Source: a virus
Lineage: Duplodnaviria; Caudoviricetes
DNA: 51,809 bases
IMG/VR virus record: IMGVR_UViG_3300025374_000001
Span: 1-51,809 of that record
Direction: 5' to 3' (one strand)
Shown piece after piece: positions 7,377 to 16,675 of the stretch; the first letter of the stretch is position 1; the number at the start of each line of letters is the position of its first letter. Both the position numbers and the translations under genes were made by a program. Under the pieces are notes generated by a model that did no database searches, had not been told where the DNA came from, and saw only the letters and a list, made by a program, of their open reading frames with translations.

Positions 7377-7698
7377 CGTGAAGTATGTTAATTAAAAAAC
7401 CAATACGAAAAAAAAGAGAGAAAAACACGAAACCCCCTAAACTCCGTCAAGAAGAAACTATACATTCCACCCCGCCGAAAAACAATTTTTTTACAAGTTT
7501 CACCCACCCCCCTCATCCAGCATAAAAACCAGACGTTGGACAACGCCACATCCAACATATATACATTCACCCCAAACACACACCAGTAGATATATAAACA
7601 CTACAACAGAGACACGACAACCAAACCAAAACAAAAAACGACACGTGTTCGGCAGAAGTCGGAGTGAATTGTTATATTTTGCTCTCTTTTTTCAGTGT

Positions 7699-8061
7699 AT
7701 GGGAGGTATTGTGAATAGACACATATTGGCGGTACATCTCGACAAAGACGAAGTGTGTGTCTTGGCTAGGGAGGTGACTGACGACCGTGTGTATGTCGAG
7801 TATATGAAACACGTGTTGTATACGTCGTTTGTTTTGATAAGGAGGATAGAGCTGGAAGGTCGCCGATTGCGTGTGCTTGAACGTCGGCTTGAATTCACCG
7901 CGCTTGAACGCGAGGTGTATGCAACAACCAAGGTATATGTTGACAAGGCGCTAAGCGAAGAGGAGACGAAAGACCTATACGAAAGTCTCACTACATTTTT
8001 GCAATATCCAGGCGATTTTGGCTATCTGTTTAACCGTCTCACATCGGAGAAGAGAGAATAG
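7699..8061 (+). CDS. Hypothetical protein (about 120 aa)
   Basis: ATG at 7699 follows a TTATATTTT box; first gene of the unique region. Confidence 0.75.
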   Translation: MGGIVNRHILAVHLDKDEVCVLAREVTDDRVYVEYMKHVLYTSFVLIRRIELEGRRLRVLERRLEFTALEREVYATTKVYVDKALSEEETKDLYESLTTFLQYPGDFGYLFNRLTSEKRE

Positions 8062-8226
8062 TCAACCAAAAAACTGGAAATAGAAAATGGCAACTTTTTT
8101 GTGAGTCATTTGAGCAACATTGCAAAGCCCAGTTTTTCATTCTTTTACAATTTTTTGGCTAATCAAGCCGATAGACAATGACATATCTAGTATAGATATA
8201 CAAGTACAGAAAAAGTATAAATATGT

Positions 8227-8898
8227 GTGTATTGCAATTTTCGTATGGCAATAAGACAACAAGTGCTTAGACAACTGCATAGGGTGCTCAACAATTGCAT
8301 GATACCCGACATCGCAAGCGTAAACATTGCCATGATACAAGCACTGAATATGTTGTTTACCCAGCATTGTAGGAGAGTGGATCCAGCCGGTGACTGTCTT
8401 GTGGTACCAGCTTTTCCTGCATCGGATTTCAAGTCTGGGGACAAATACGTTGATGTGGTATATGCAAATGCGTTCATTAATGACGAATTCGAGATTACTC
8501 TCAGTTATCCAAAAACTGACATACTTGTCGCGAGACTTAAACCAGGTGTGGCCATTCCGATTGTGGGGTTCTACATTAACATTGGATGGTACCACATGTT
8601 GATTGCGCGACTAAACATATACCGCGATGTAACTAAGCGGGAACTGTGGAAGTCTGTGTTGTTGTTGCCATCAAACATCATCACGGCGTCGGCAGGAGGA
8701 TTTATAGTAACATTGTCTGAACCAATCATCGTTGGTCCAGGTGGCGATATCGCCATAGAAGCTGTAATAGGTTCTTCATACAATAGAGAATTTGTCTCCA
8801 ATATGCGTGTAACAGTCGCTTGGTTGCCACCCGTTGTGTTTACGAGCAAATCGCTGTTCCTTACATCTCCTGTTACAGAGTCAAACACTGAGTCGTAA
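8227..8898 (+). CDS. Hypothetical beta-rich protein (start uncertain)
   Basis: Long ORF with alternating hydrophobic strands. Confidence 0.75.
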   Translation: MYCNFRMAIRQQVLRQLHRVLNNCMIPDIASVNIAMIQALNMLFTQHCRRVDPAGDCLVVPAFPASDFKSGDKYVDVVYANAFINDEFEITLSYPKTDILVARLKPGVAIPIVGFYINIGWYHMLIARLNIYRDVTKRELWKSVLLLPSNIITASAGGFIVTLSEPIIVGPGGDIAIEAVIGSSYNREFVSNMRVTVAWLPPVVFTSKSLFLTSPVTESNTES

Positions 8899-8945
8899 AG
8901 ATTAGATTTATCGTCTGAAGTCAAAAAAAATCGTTTTTCTGTTTG

Positions 8946-9416
8946 TTATCTGTCTGGCATTATAAGGTCTAGTTCTTCATCTTCTGGCGATTCCTGTTGT
9001 TTGTGTTCTGGTTGACCATTTTGTCCATTCCTACCGTTATAACCATCTATCAAGTACGTCAGCGCTTGTCTTATTACACTGCTACGCGATTCGCCTGTGC
9101 TCTTCACAATTTTGTCAATGGTTTCTATCATGTCGATGGGTAATGTGATACAGATCATCCCATGTTTGCTTGAACGTGCATTATGCCCGTACAGCCGGTC
9201 GCCCACCTCTGGAATGCAAAACATTCTTTCACGACCTACCTGAAACTTGTATGGCAATACTAGTCTTCTGGTAATCAATGACCGTATTGCTAGGTATGCT
9301 CTTCTAGGCGAAGTATCGACTGCACGAGCAATTTCCTCAATTGTTGCGCAACCGCGCGCTTTTATAAACTTATATATCTTCTGAGTCAGCGCAACCCGTT
9401 CGTCTCCGTTTGGCAT
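8946..9416 (-). CDS. Transcriptional regulator, wHTH plus ribbon-helix-helix
   Basis: ATIEEIARAV..RAYLAIRSL (HTH); ITLPIDMIETID..SRSSVIRQAL (CopG/RHH). Confidence 0.85.
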   Translation of the reverse strand: MPNGDERVALTQKIYKFIKARGCATIEEIARAVDTSPRRAYLAIRSLITRRLVLPYKFQVGRERMFCIPEVGDRLYGHNARSSKHGMICITLPIDMIETIDKIVKSTGESRSSVIRQALTYLIDGYNGRNGQNGQPEHKQQESPEDEELDLIMPDR

Positions 9417-9459
9417 ATATAGCGATAATATTTTAATATTAATATTTTTCTGTTAGAGC

Positions 9460-10266
9460 ATGAATCGCGAACAAAAATTTGTGGCGTACGTCCGCGACGT
9501 GCCGAAAATCGAGTTTAAAAATTTCAGATGGGGTCTGCTGGCAAGCATGGCGTTTAGACCGCTAGAGTTGCCAGTAGTGCAACATGTCATGGTGGACATT
9601 GGCCTTAAAAATGCCAAAAGCGATGACTTCTACCCCCGACAGTTGCCCAAATATGTAGAGTTTATACACTCTATATTAGACGTCTACTGTTGCAAACATG
9701 TACAGGTAGTGGCCCCCGACAAGCTCTGCAACTTCGAGGAGACTGTGCACCGTTATGAGCACTTCCGGAAGGTAGCAGAGCGGGAGTTCGGCGACGCAAT
9801 TAAGCTTATGTTTGTTGTACAGGAGTATGTGCGTAGAGACGTGTTCAGTCGTCTAGACACGCTGTTGCGCGACTACGAGATACTTGCGTTGCCAACTAGA
9901 GTTGTGTGTCGCACACGCAACGAGCTGATACGTTGTTCTGAGCACTATCAACTATGTGCGTCGTATTTGGCACATGTACTAGACAGATACGGCGATATCG
10001 CCCATAAAATACACCTACTAGGGCCGCCACTCAAGACATTGAAACGTCTAGGAGCAAACAACGTGCTTAGGTTTAGGTCTCTTGACACAATGTCCTACAG
10101 ACGCGCGCCAAATGAGACCGCAAAGAAACTTGCGTTTGGCGACGACGACAAGAGATGGCAAGTAACGACAGACGACGTGGCTAAGATGTGGGCAGTGTTG
10201 TGGTTTGCGTCTGCCAGCTTAATAACAAAAGGCGAAATATCGGCACTTGGTATCAAATATGGCTAA
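9460..10266 (+). CDS. TGT/DpdA-like (guanine transglycosylase-fold) protein 1, divergent
   Basis: Ordered motifs MVDIG, VAPD, FVVQ, IHLLG, SLDT match the TGT barrel pattern. Confidence 0.65.
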   Translation: MNREQKFVAYVRDVPKIEFKNFRWGLLASMAFRPLELPVVQHVMVDIGLKNAKSDDFYPRQLPKYVEFIHSILDVYCCKHVQVVAPDKLCNFEETVHRYEHFRKVAEREFGDAIKLMFVVQEYVRRDVFSRLDTLLRDYEILALPTRVVCRTRNELIRCSEHYQLCASYLAHVLDRYGDIAHKIHLLGPPLKTLKRLGANNVLRFRSLDTMSYRRAPNETAKKLAFGDDDKRWQVTTDDVAKMWAVLWFASASLITKGEISALGIKYG

Positions 10267-10816
10267 GGGCTTAACAGATAAGATAATCGCCCGACAACGT
10301 CGCATACTTGAATTCATTGAAAGCGAGATATGTGCCAACACGAAACAAGTAATCAATGCGTTTGGTTTGACACACAGCCAGGCGTTTTACGTCCTTCGGC
10401 AACTGAGAAACCAGGGACTGATAGAAGAGTACGTAATCGGAAAGATTTCACTGTGGTGCATCGCAGGTCATATACTCAATGATGTGTATGTAGACGATAC
10501 ATTCATATCTGCTTTGGACTTAGAGCAAGCTATATGTAGGATACTTGAAAATGTAAGGGGACATAAGGCGACTATGCGAAGTTCGTGGGTTGCAGATAAA
10601 ATTGCTGAGAAGGTGCAAGTGAATCCGCGACAAGTATTGTTGCTTGCTTACATATCGGAAATGTTGCCGATAATGCTGAGCAACGTCAAAAAGTCGGTGT
10701 TCAGAGATGCCAAGGCTATCGAGTTCTACGTAGTAGACACGTGTTCAATATGTGAACATTTCATCGAGTGTCCAACATGTGAAACGTTGAGAAAAAAGCT
10801 GAATTGTTTAGACTAG
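10259..10816 (+). CDS. Winged-helix DNA-binding protein with Cys-rich C-terminus
   Basis: ILEFI..NTKQVINAFGLTHSQAFYVLRQLRNQGLI; two CxxC motifs. Confidence 0.8.
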   Translation: MAKGLTDKIIARQRRILEFIESEICANTKQVINAFGLTHSQAFYVLRQLRNQGLIEEYVIGKISLWCIAGHILNDVYVDDTFISALDLEQAICRILENVRGHKATMRSSWVADKIAEKVQVNPRQVLLLAYISEMLPIMLSNVKKSVFRDAKAIEFYVVDTCSICEHFIECPTCETLRKKLNCLD

Positions 10817-11140
10817 TTAAGAACTCGTCTTTTTCAGCTCAACCATCAGTGTTTTGTATGTAGCGTAGTTGACACGTATCTCGAATATTGCGCTCAGAAA
10901 CACAATAGCAACCGCTATAGGCACAAGAAATACGCCGACCCAGAACAACACGTACGTCGTGAGATACACAGGCTCAGGTAACTGAGGCAAGATGTCCTTA
11001 GCCTGCGAGTAGACGAGTCCCGTGTAATTCCGCATGAATGTGTAGCCCCACGCGATGAAGTACGTCATCATAAGCAGAAACGCAATTCCAAACAGTCGCC
11101 AGCCGTAACCCATTGTCTTGTCTGTGACTCTCTCTGTCAT
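10817..11140 (-). CDS. Membrane protein (2 TM)
   Basis: Two hydrophobic helices; last gene of the protease operon. Confidence 0.8.
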   Translation of the reverse strand: MTERVTDKTMGYGWRLFGIAFLLMMTYFIAWGYTFMRNYTGLVYSQAKDILPQLPEPVYLTTYVLFWVGVFLVPIAVAIVFLSAIFEIRVNYATYKTLMVELKKTSS

Positions 11141-11165
11141 GTTTCAATAAGGACAAACTAGATAT

Positions 11166-11882
11166 TTAAGCATTGTTGCCCTTGACAACAAACACGCCTG
11201 AGCCTGAGAACCCAGGCAGTGCAATGACCTTGTCGTCTTTAGCTATATATGCCTTCATCTTGTAGAGCTGATTGTTGGGCCCATACACATAAGCATCGCC
11301 ATAGCCTATGATCCGCGTCTCTATAGTTACGAACTTGCCATTGAAGTAGTCATATGCTATATATCTAACAGTTCGACCAATTGGGTGTTCTCGGTAATAC
11401 GGCGCAGGCGTGTAACCAGCTACTCTGCCCGTCGGGTTGCCAAACGACAACACAAGATCTGGCATCTTATAATCAACACCCCTAGAAATTACGGCATAGT
11501 CATAATAGTTCGTGCAGTCTCGGTAAAAACAGCGCCACGACATAGGAACCATCTTAATCTTTTCGACTACCTCAACTTTGGTTATTTTTGGCCCACTTGA
11601 ACAGTTTTCCGAGCACTCGACGAACAGTGGCGTAAGCTCCAGACAGTGCGCAGCAGTGACGTATCTGCCGTCCTTCCCCATGGGCGGGCTGCACCTGTCC
11701 AGAGTCCCGAAAGGGCGGGGCATGTCTGGTTCCGCAGTCATGAAACGTAACTCGCCGACCTCCTCGACGATCCAGCCCTCCATCATCATCTTCATTGCGT
11801 ACTTATCCAGCTTTGTTACAAACAATATCTTGCGTTCCTTGTCTTCAAAAACGATACTTTTCTTCCGGAAAAATATGTTCAT
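11166..11882 (-). CDS. Trypsin-like serine protease
   Basis: Catalytic triad motifs VTAAHC, DYAVI, GFSGSGVF. Confidence 0.85.
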   Translation of the reverse strand: MNIFFRKKSIVFEDKERKILFVTKLDKYAMKMMMEGWIVEEVGELRFMTAEPDMPRPFGTLDRCSPPMGKDGRYVTAAHCLELTPLFVECSENCSSGPKITKVEVVEKIKMVPMSWRCFYRDCTNYYDYAVISRGVDYKMPDLVLSFGNPTGRVAGYTPAPYYREHPIGRTVRYIAYDYFNGKFVTIETRIIGYGDAYVYGPNNQLYKMKAYIAKDDKVIALPGFSGSGVFVVKGNNA

Positions 11883-13114
11883 GTATATACCGTAGATCCG
11901 TACCTATTAAATCTTTTTTTGTTATTTGAAGCCGTATTCCTGTAACGCGCCAGACACACAAGTAAGAGTATTACGGCGACTAATGTCCCATATAAACACC
12001 ACGTACACGTTTCTGATTCTTGTGCTGTGTACGTAACCGTATGATACGTAGTGGTCATGTAGATGACCGTCTCTGTGGCTGTTGTTGTGTATGTTACAGG
12101 CAGAGTTACAGTAGTCGTGTAGGTGACCGGCACAGTCGATATGTGTGTCATGTGCATAGTCGTCGTATACGTCTCAGTCACTGTATGTGTGGCGGTCACC
12201 GTAGTTGTTACAGTGATTGTCGTCGTTGTTTGTTCGGGACAGTAAGAAACCGTCACGGAGGTGTCGGCGGTTGTTTGGCGGGTTGCGACCAGGGCAATCA
12301 GTATTTTGTCTTGTAACCCAGTGGCGTTTGTCAAGAGCGACGACGAGAATGTGTACACTCGGTTGGGCAACACGGGCCGGTAGATACAGTACATCGCTGA
12401 GTTTGGCTCCATGTATCCAGCGCACTCGTCAAAATCTACGTATACCGGATCGCGCCCCCACGTCCACGGCGACAACAGGAAGTTCCAATATGCCTGTCTG
12501 AGATTGTAGCTGGGAAACGCATATGTAAGTGTGGCATTAAGCGGTGAATACCGCCAAGCTAACCAAGCGAAAAAGGCGCCGTATTGATAGGCGCACAAGT
12601 TAGGCGCTTCACAAGACCACGGGTCTTGTCTATACAGTCTTCTATCCCAGAAATCCTGCACATATCCGTATCTCTGCCACTGTCTTGACTGGTAAACTCT
12701 GACTGCCATGTAGTAGCTGGCTAAGCCATCTGCATGGGCTTCACTCCACCAGCCGTAACCCTTTCCGCCGTCTCCAACCGCATATTGTAAAGCATGAGCC
12801 ATCTCGTGGTATGCCAAATGTTGTAACCATGTACGCGATATGTCGCAACGGAACTCCATCTTGTATGCACATACGCCAAATGGCCCTATCCGACCATACG
12901 TCACTGCAGGGTATCTAATATCGCTTTTCAACTCGACGCGGAAATCTGGACATAATGCAGGCGCCCTTATGTCTCGCGTGTATGAGTCGTAAGCCTGTTG
13001 TAGATAGGTGCGCAACGCGTCTACGTAGTCCTGTGGTGCGTTGCACATGTTGATAATCGTGAAGGAGTATGCAACTGTGGCTAACAGCGCCACGAGGAAA
13101 AAAATACGTATCAT
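11879..13114 (-). CDS. Exported, membrane-anchored zinc metalloprotease
   Basis: N-terminal signal peptide, HEMAH plus downstream WWSEA, Thr-rich linker, C-terminal TM helix and basic tail. Confidence 0.85.
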   Translation of the reverse strand: MIRIFFLVALLATVAYSFTIINMCNAPQDYVDALRTYLQQAYDSYTRDIRAPALCPDFRVELKSDIRYPAVTYGRIGPFGVCAYKMEFRCDISRTWLQHLAYHEMAHALQYAVGDGGKGYGWWSEAHADGLASYYMAVRVYQSRQWQRYGYVQDFWDRRLYRQDPWSCEAPNLCAYQYGAFFAWLAWRYSPLNATLTYAFPSYNLRQAYWNFLLSPWTWGRDPVYVDFDECAGYMEPNSAMYCIYRPVLPNRVYTFSSSLLTNATGLQDKILIALVATRQTTADTSVTVSYCPEQTTTTITVTTTVTATHTVTETYTTTMHMTHISTVPVTYTTTVTLPVTYTTTATETVIYMTTTYHTVTYTAQESETCTWCLYGTLVAVILLLVCLARYRNTASNNKKRFNRYGSTVYT

Positions 13115-13120
13115 GTTCTA

Positions 13121-13438
13121 TCAACGCGTCTCGACCATAAGTCTCAATATCTCTAGTTCCTCCCGCATGGCGCGCAACTCCAACTCGATAAGTCTAACCC
13201 ACGTCGCAACCAGATTAGCCAAGCTTGCGGTTCCAAAGAACACAGACAACAACCACGATACAGAGACAAATATGTTGAACATCATGCCGAAAAGCGACGC
13301 CGTTGCATATATGCCAAAAATAGACGCCAACACGGCAAAGACTCTGTATAACCGCGACCTTACCCACGCCCCAAACAGCGCACCAAGCACCATTGTGATA
13401 ACAACCCACGGCGTAACGTCAACAGTTAACACCATCAC
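13121..13438 (-). CDS. Small membrane protein (about 3 TM, charged coiled C-terminus; holin-like topology)
   Basis: Hydrophobicity pattern; translationally coupled to neighbours. Confidence 0.75.
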   Translation of the reverse strand: MMVLTVDVTPWVVITMVLGALFGAWVRSRLYRVFAVLASIFGIYATASLFGMMFNIFVSVSWLLSVFFGTASLANLVATWVRLIELELRAMREELEILRLMVETR

Positions 13439-13740
13439 AGCCCAACTACCGATATGCTGAACTTAGTAGCAATAACTGTCGCAAAGGCCCCTGTATACAC
13501 GGCTATGTCCTTGGGACTTTTGTCTTGCCACCACTGGTATATGACATACAGCGCTGTGAGCATCACTGATGCCAGTGCGCCGTATGGCGATATCGTAAGC
13601 GAGTTAGCTGCAACCACCGCAAGCGCTACGTGACCTAGATCTGTATACTTAACATTTACAGACTTCATCTTCATAGATACATATGTACGCATAAGATACA
13701 AGACAAACGCCGTTCCGTATAGGAACAGATCTATGAACAC
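13435..13740 (-). CDS. Small membrane protein (3-4 TM)
   Basis: Hydrophobicity pattern; TTATAAA box about 20 nt upstream. Confidence 0.75.
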   Translation of the reverse strand: MFIDLFLYGTAFVLYLMRTYVSMKMKSVNVKYTDLGHVALAVVAANSLTISPYGALASVMLTALYVIYQWWQDKSPKDIAVYTGAFATVIATKFSISVVGL

Positions 13741-13824
13741 GGTATATTAATTATTCCCCTTTATAATTTTTTAGGTCAATCATACTACGGCGACATCTGT
13801 TGATGTATGGGGCATAAAATTGTT

Positions 13825-15090
13825 TTAAGGATGATGTTTGCGCAAATCGAACACAGGCCACCCGCTCAAGTCTGACAACTTTCTTATACAGTGCTCCACG
13901 CTACTACAACTATATTCATCGTCATACCACGAGGGCGAACGTGTACCATAATTAGCCATCCATATAATTCTATTAAGTTTGGTGGCTTGGTAGGCTAAGA
14001 AACAACTGACAGGCTCTCTGATCAGCATGTAGGCAATCACTCCAATATACCATTCTAGTCGAATTAAATCATACCAAACGTCATCATACGGCGCTTCGAT
14101 TATTCCGCCCTTTTCATACTTTACATATACATAACCACAATTTTTGACCGGATCATGTGGTATCGCATATCTAATGTACTCAACAGCGTTTGGCACCTTT
14201 TGTGTATTGTCTACTATATCATCATCTATGGGTCTAGGCCACCAAGATCCGAAACATTCGACAAAACCACCTATATAGTGGTGCGATCGATCAAGCTCCA
14301 CATAATCAGCTCGGCGACAACGACTGGGATTTGGGTGCGTGTAAAGCACTCCGTAAAACGCGCCAGCTGATACTCCACGACGTGGTTGTGTATCTATCAT
14401 TACTACAAATGCAACTGCCCTATTATTTACGATGTTGTATACTTCGTCTGGGGTCATTGTGGTGATACCATAATTTACGAAGATGATTGTGCCGTCTGTT
14501 ATCCACTTCGAGGCGGTTTCCCAATCATCTGGATCTACTAATATGATTAATGGAAGAAGTCTGCCCATCTCTAAACTCGTCGCCACATCTACCTCGTTGT
14601 GTTTGACTATTGCTTTTCTGAGCAACAGCCTAACTGCTAGATCTAGACACTTCGCCACATCGATCAGCGTATTTGTGTGCTCTGGCATTATAACGTTGCC
14701 CGTCTTCAGGTATTTGTACGTCGAAAGTATGCGGTGACATTCAAGCAACATATCGTATGCACGCACGTATCTCCTGTTCCCTCTCGCAATTAACCTGTTG
14801 AGTTGGTCAACTAAGACGTTGATTATAGCCTTGGCGTAGTCCGCCAAGACGTTCCAGTCCTGCGCATAGGCGTAGCGACCCTTCTGAAGTGTCGAGAGCT
14901 GTTGAGATGCGCGTTGATATGCATTTATCAAGTCTTGTAGTGGCGTCTCGAATACCGGGTAGCCTACAGTGGAAAACTCGTGATCAACTGTGTCATACTT
15001 GACGGTTGCAGTGTCAGACAGTTTCTTAATCAGTAATGTCACATATTCGTGACCAGTTGCAACGTCTGTGAAATCAGGGCCAGAACTCAC
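13825..15090 (-). CDS. Putative minor virion/terminal-structure protein
   Basis: End of the structural operon; repeated G..(DWN/HTN) helical motifs as in neighbouring structural genes. Confidence 0.6.
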   Translation of the reverse strand: MSSGPDFTDVATGHEYVTLLIKKLSDTATVKYDTVDHEFSTVGYPVFETPLQDLINAYQRASQQLSTLQKGRYAYAQDWNVLADYAKAIINVLVDQLNRLIARGNRRYVRAYDMLLECHRILSTYKYLKTGNVIMPEHTNTLIDVAKCLDLAVRLLLRKAIVKHNEVDVATSLEMGRLLPLIILVDPDDWETASKWITDGTIIFVNYGITTMTPDEVYNIVNNRAVAFVVMIDTQPRRGVSAGAFYGVLYTHPNPSRCRRADYVELDRSHHYIGGFVECFGSWWPRPIDDDIVDNTQKVPNAVEYIRYAIPHDPVKNCGYVYVKYEKGGIIEAPYDDVWYDLIRLEWYIGVIAYMLIREPVSCFLAYQATKLNRIIWMANYGTRSPSWYDDEYSCSSVEHCIRKLSDLSGWPVFDLRKHHP

Positions 15091-15698
15091 GACAACTCAA
15101 ACAAAATCCTATTAATAATATCTGGCAACCTCTCATTGACAAGATCTAGCCACGCCCTCACCCTGTCGTCTATATGCTTGAATGTGATGAGGAGATCTTG
15201 AAGCGTTTCCCAATCTAATGTATCGCCAATTTTTTTGTAACACAGTACGACTCTGCCGACAACAACGCAACCGCTAACGCCGCCAATGCCTATGAACACC
15301 GACTGTGGCGTAGGCGTCGTCGTGATCTTCCCAGTCTCCAAATCGAGATATTTCGGAGCTAGCGAGGCAAAGCCGGGTTCATTACCTGTGTCGCTGTCGG
15401 TATCTAATACACGAATGAGAGACGTCTCGACCGCCCTCAACAGGTCATGCATGGCTGTTAACCTGCGCAGTCTTTCTGACGCAAATGCTCTATCCAGCTG
15501 GGGTAACAATACGGCAATTGTCTCTAGACCGGTAGCAAAATCTATGTTTGACAATTTTAGAATTTCTCCATCCGTGCCAATTGCATAATCAGGTACGTAT
15601 ATAGCACGTACATACCGTTCATATCCCTTGGCAACATCCCACGTAGGCCAAAATCCATACTTAGGCAGATTCGCAGGCAGAGAGGAGGTGAAACTCAT
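15087..15698 (-). CDS. Putative minor structural protein
   Basis: Gene context; NEPGFA motif recalls rudiviral minor proteins (from memory). Confidence 0.55.
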   Translation of the reverse strand: MSFTSSLPANLPKYGFWPTWDVAKGYERYVRAIYVPDYAIGTDGEILKLSNIDFATGLETIAVLLPQLDRAFASERLRRLTAMHDLLRAVETSLIRVLDTDSDTGNEPGFASLAPKYLDLETGKITTTPTPQSVFIGIGGVSGCVVVGRVVLCYKKIGDTLDWETLQDLLITFKHIDDRVRAWLDLVNERLPDIINRILFELS

Positions 15699-15727
15699 GC
15701 AAACTTTTTCTCCTAATTAAAAAAATA

Positions 15728-16261
15728 TTACGAAATGGATAAGGTCACTTCAAGCACCCACGTCGTGTCTGCAGTCTTTACGCCTAGGTTGGTCACCTTA
15801 CGGTTTAAGTTCACAGCATTGTCGCTACAGTCGTTCGCCACAGTCCACTCTTGCCACGCGTGGACAGCCTCGTTAGGTCCGAACGTCGCTCTGAAAGTGA
15901 CTTGCGTCCCGGACAACATTGGGTACCCGGAATCAACTTGTTTATACGTCTTGTTTGTCCCAGTCAGTCCCGTTTGCGACGGATCCTCTTCATCGGTGCC
16001 GTCGCCGACGCCGATACACGAATTATTTCTAAAGTACGTAAGGCCGGATTGTCCAGTTACGGCGCGCCATATGAAACTTATGCCCTCTTGCAGAAAGATG
16101 TTGCCTTCGACGCGTTGTGTCCCAATCAGCAAGTCCTTAAACAACTTCACAACATCTTCTACTGACACGCCAGACTCAAGCAATTCAGCCACACGCCCCG
16201 ACGGATCTATGAACTTGACGACGTTTGCGACCGACGTACCTTTTGACAAGTCTTTACGCAT
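15728..16261 (-). CDS. Tail-collar/fibre-base-like structural protein
   Basis: N..EG, IGVGDG..QTGL, FRATF..EA..WQE, NRKV..K..W pattern. Confidence 0.65.
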   Translation of the reverse strand: MRKDLSKGTSVANVVKFIDPSGRVAELLESGVSVEDVVKLFKDLLIGTQRVEGNIFLQEGISFIWRAVTGQSGLTYFRNNSCIGVGDGTDEEDPSQTGLTGTNKTYKQVDSGYPMLSGTQVTFRATFGPNEAVHAWQEWTVANDCSDNAVNLNRKVTNLGVKTADTTWVLEVTLSIS

Positions 16262-16297
16262 GTATATTAAAAAAACCGAAATATTAAAAATATTAGG

Positions 16298-16669
16298 TTA
16301 CACCGTGCCCAACACTTCGACTATAAACGCATATGGTACGGTCTTAGGTACGGAGCCAGTCACAAGACGAACTGTGACTCTGTAGGTCATAGATCTGTAG
16401 AGAGTCTTGGTGTGGAACCTGTAGATGGGGGCAGGCAGAGGTCCGCTGAACGAGTATTGCGCAAACGGCTTGAGATTTGCGCCGTCTACAGACATGTACT
16501 CTGTGACTATCAACACGTCGTCTTGTTGAAGAGACGACAGGTCTACATACCCCTCTACCATATAATCGTCTTCGTTGCCCGGGATATCCACCACAGTCAC
16601 CTCCTGGTCCAGTTGGCTTACATTTACCGAACCCACGTAGTTGATCTTTCGTGATATGATTACCGGCAC
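16298..16669 (-). CDS. Putative beta-sandwich structural protein
   Basis: Beta-rich; lies in the structural operon. Confidence 0.65.
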   Translation of the reverse strand: MPVIISRKINYVGSVNVSQLDQEVTVVDIPGNEDDYMVEGYVDLSSLQQDDVLIVTEYMSVDGANLKPFAQYSFSGPLPAPIYRFHTKTLYRSMTYRVTVRLVTGSVPKTVPYAFIVEVLGTV

Positions 16670-16675
16670 GGCGTC

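Larger units (their letters stand above)
1..7640. repeat. Left inverted terminal repeat
   Basis: Reverse complement of 44170..51809; every ORF is mirrored at 51810-x; identity breaks at 7641/44169. Confidence 0.97.
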
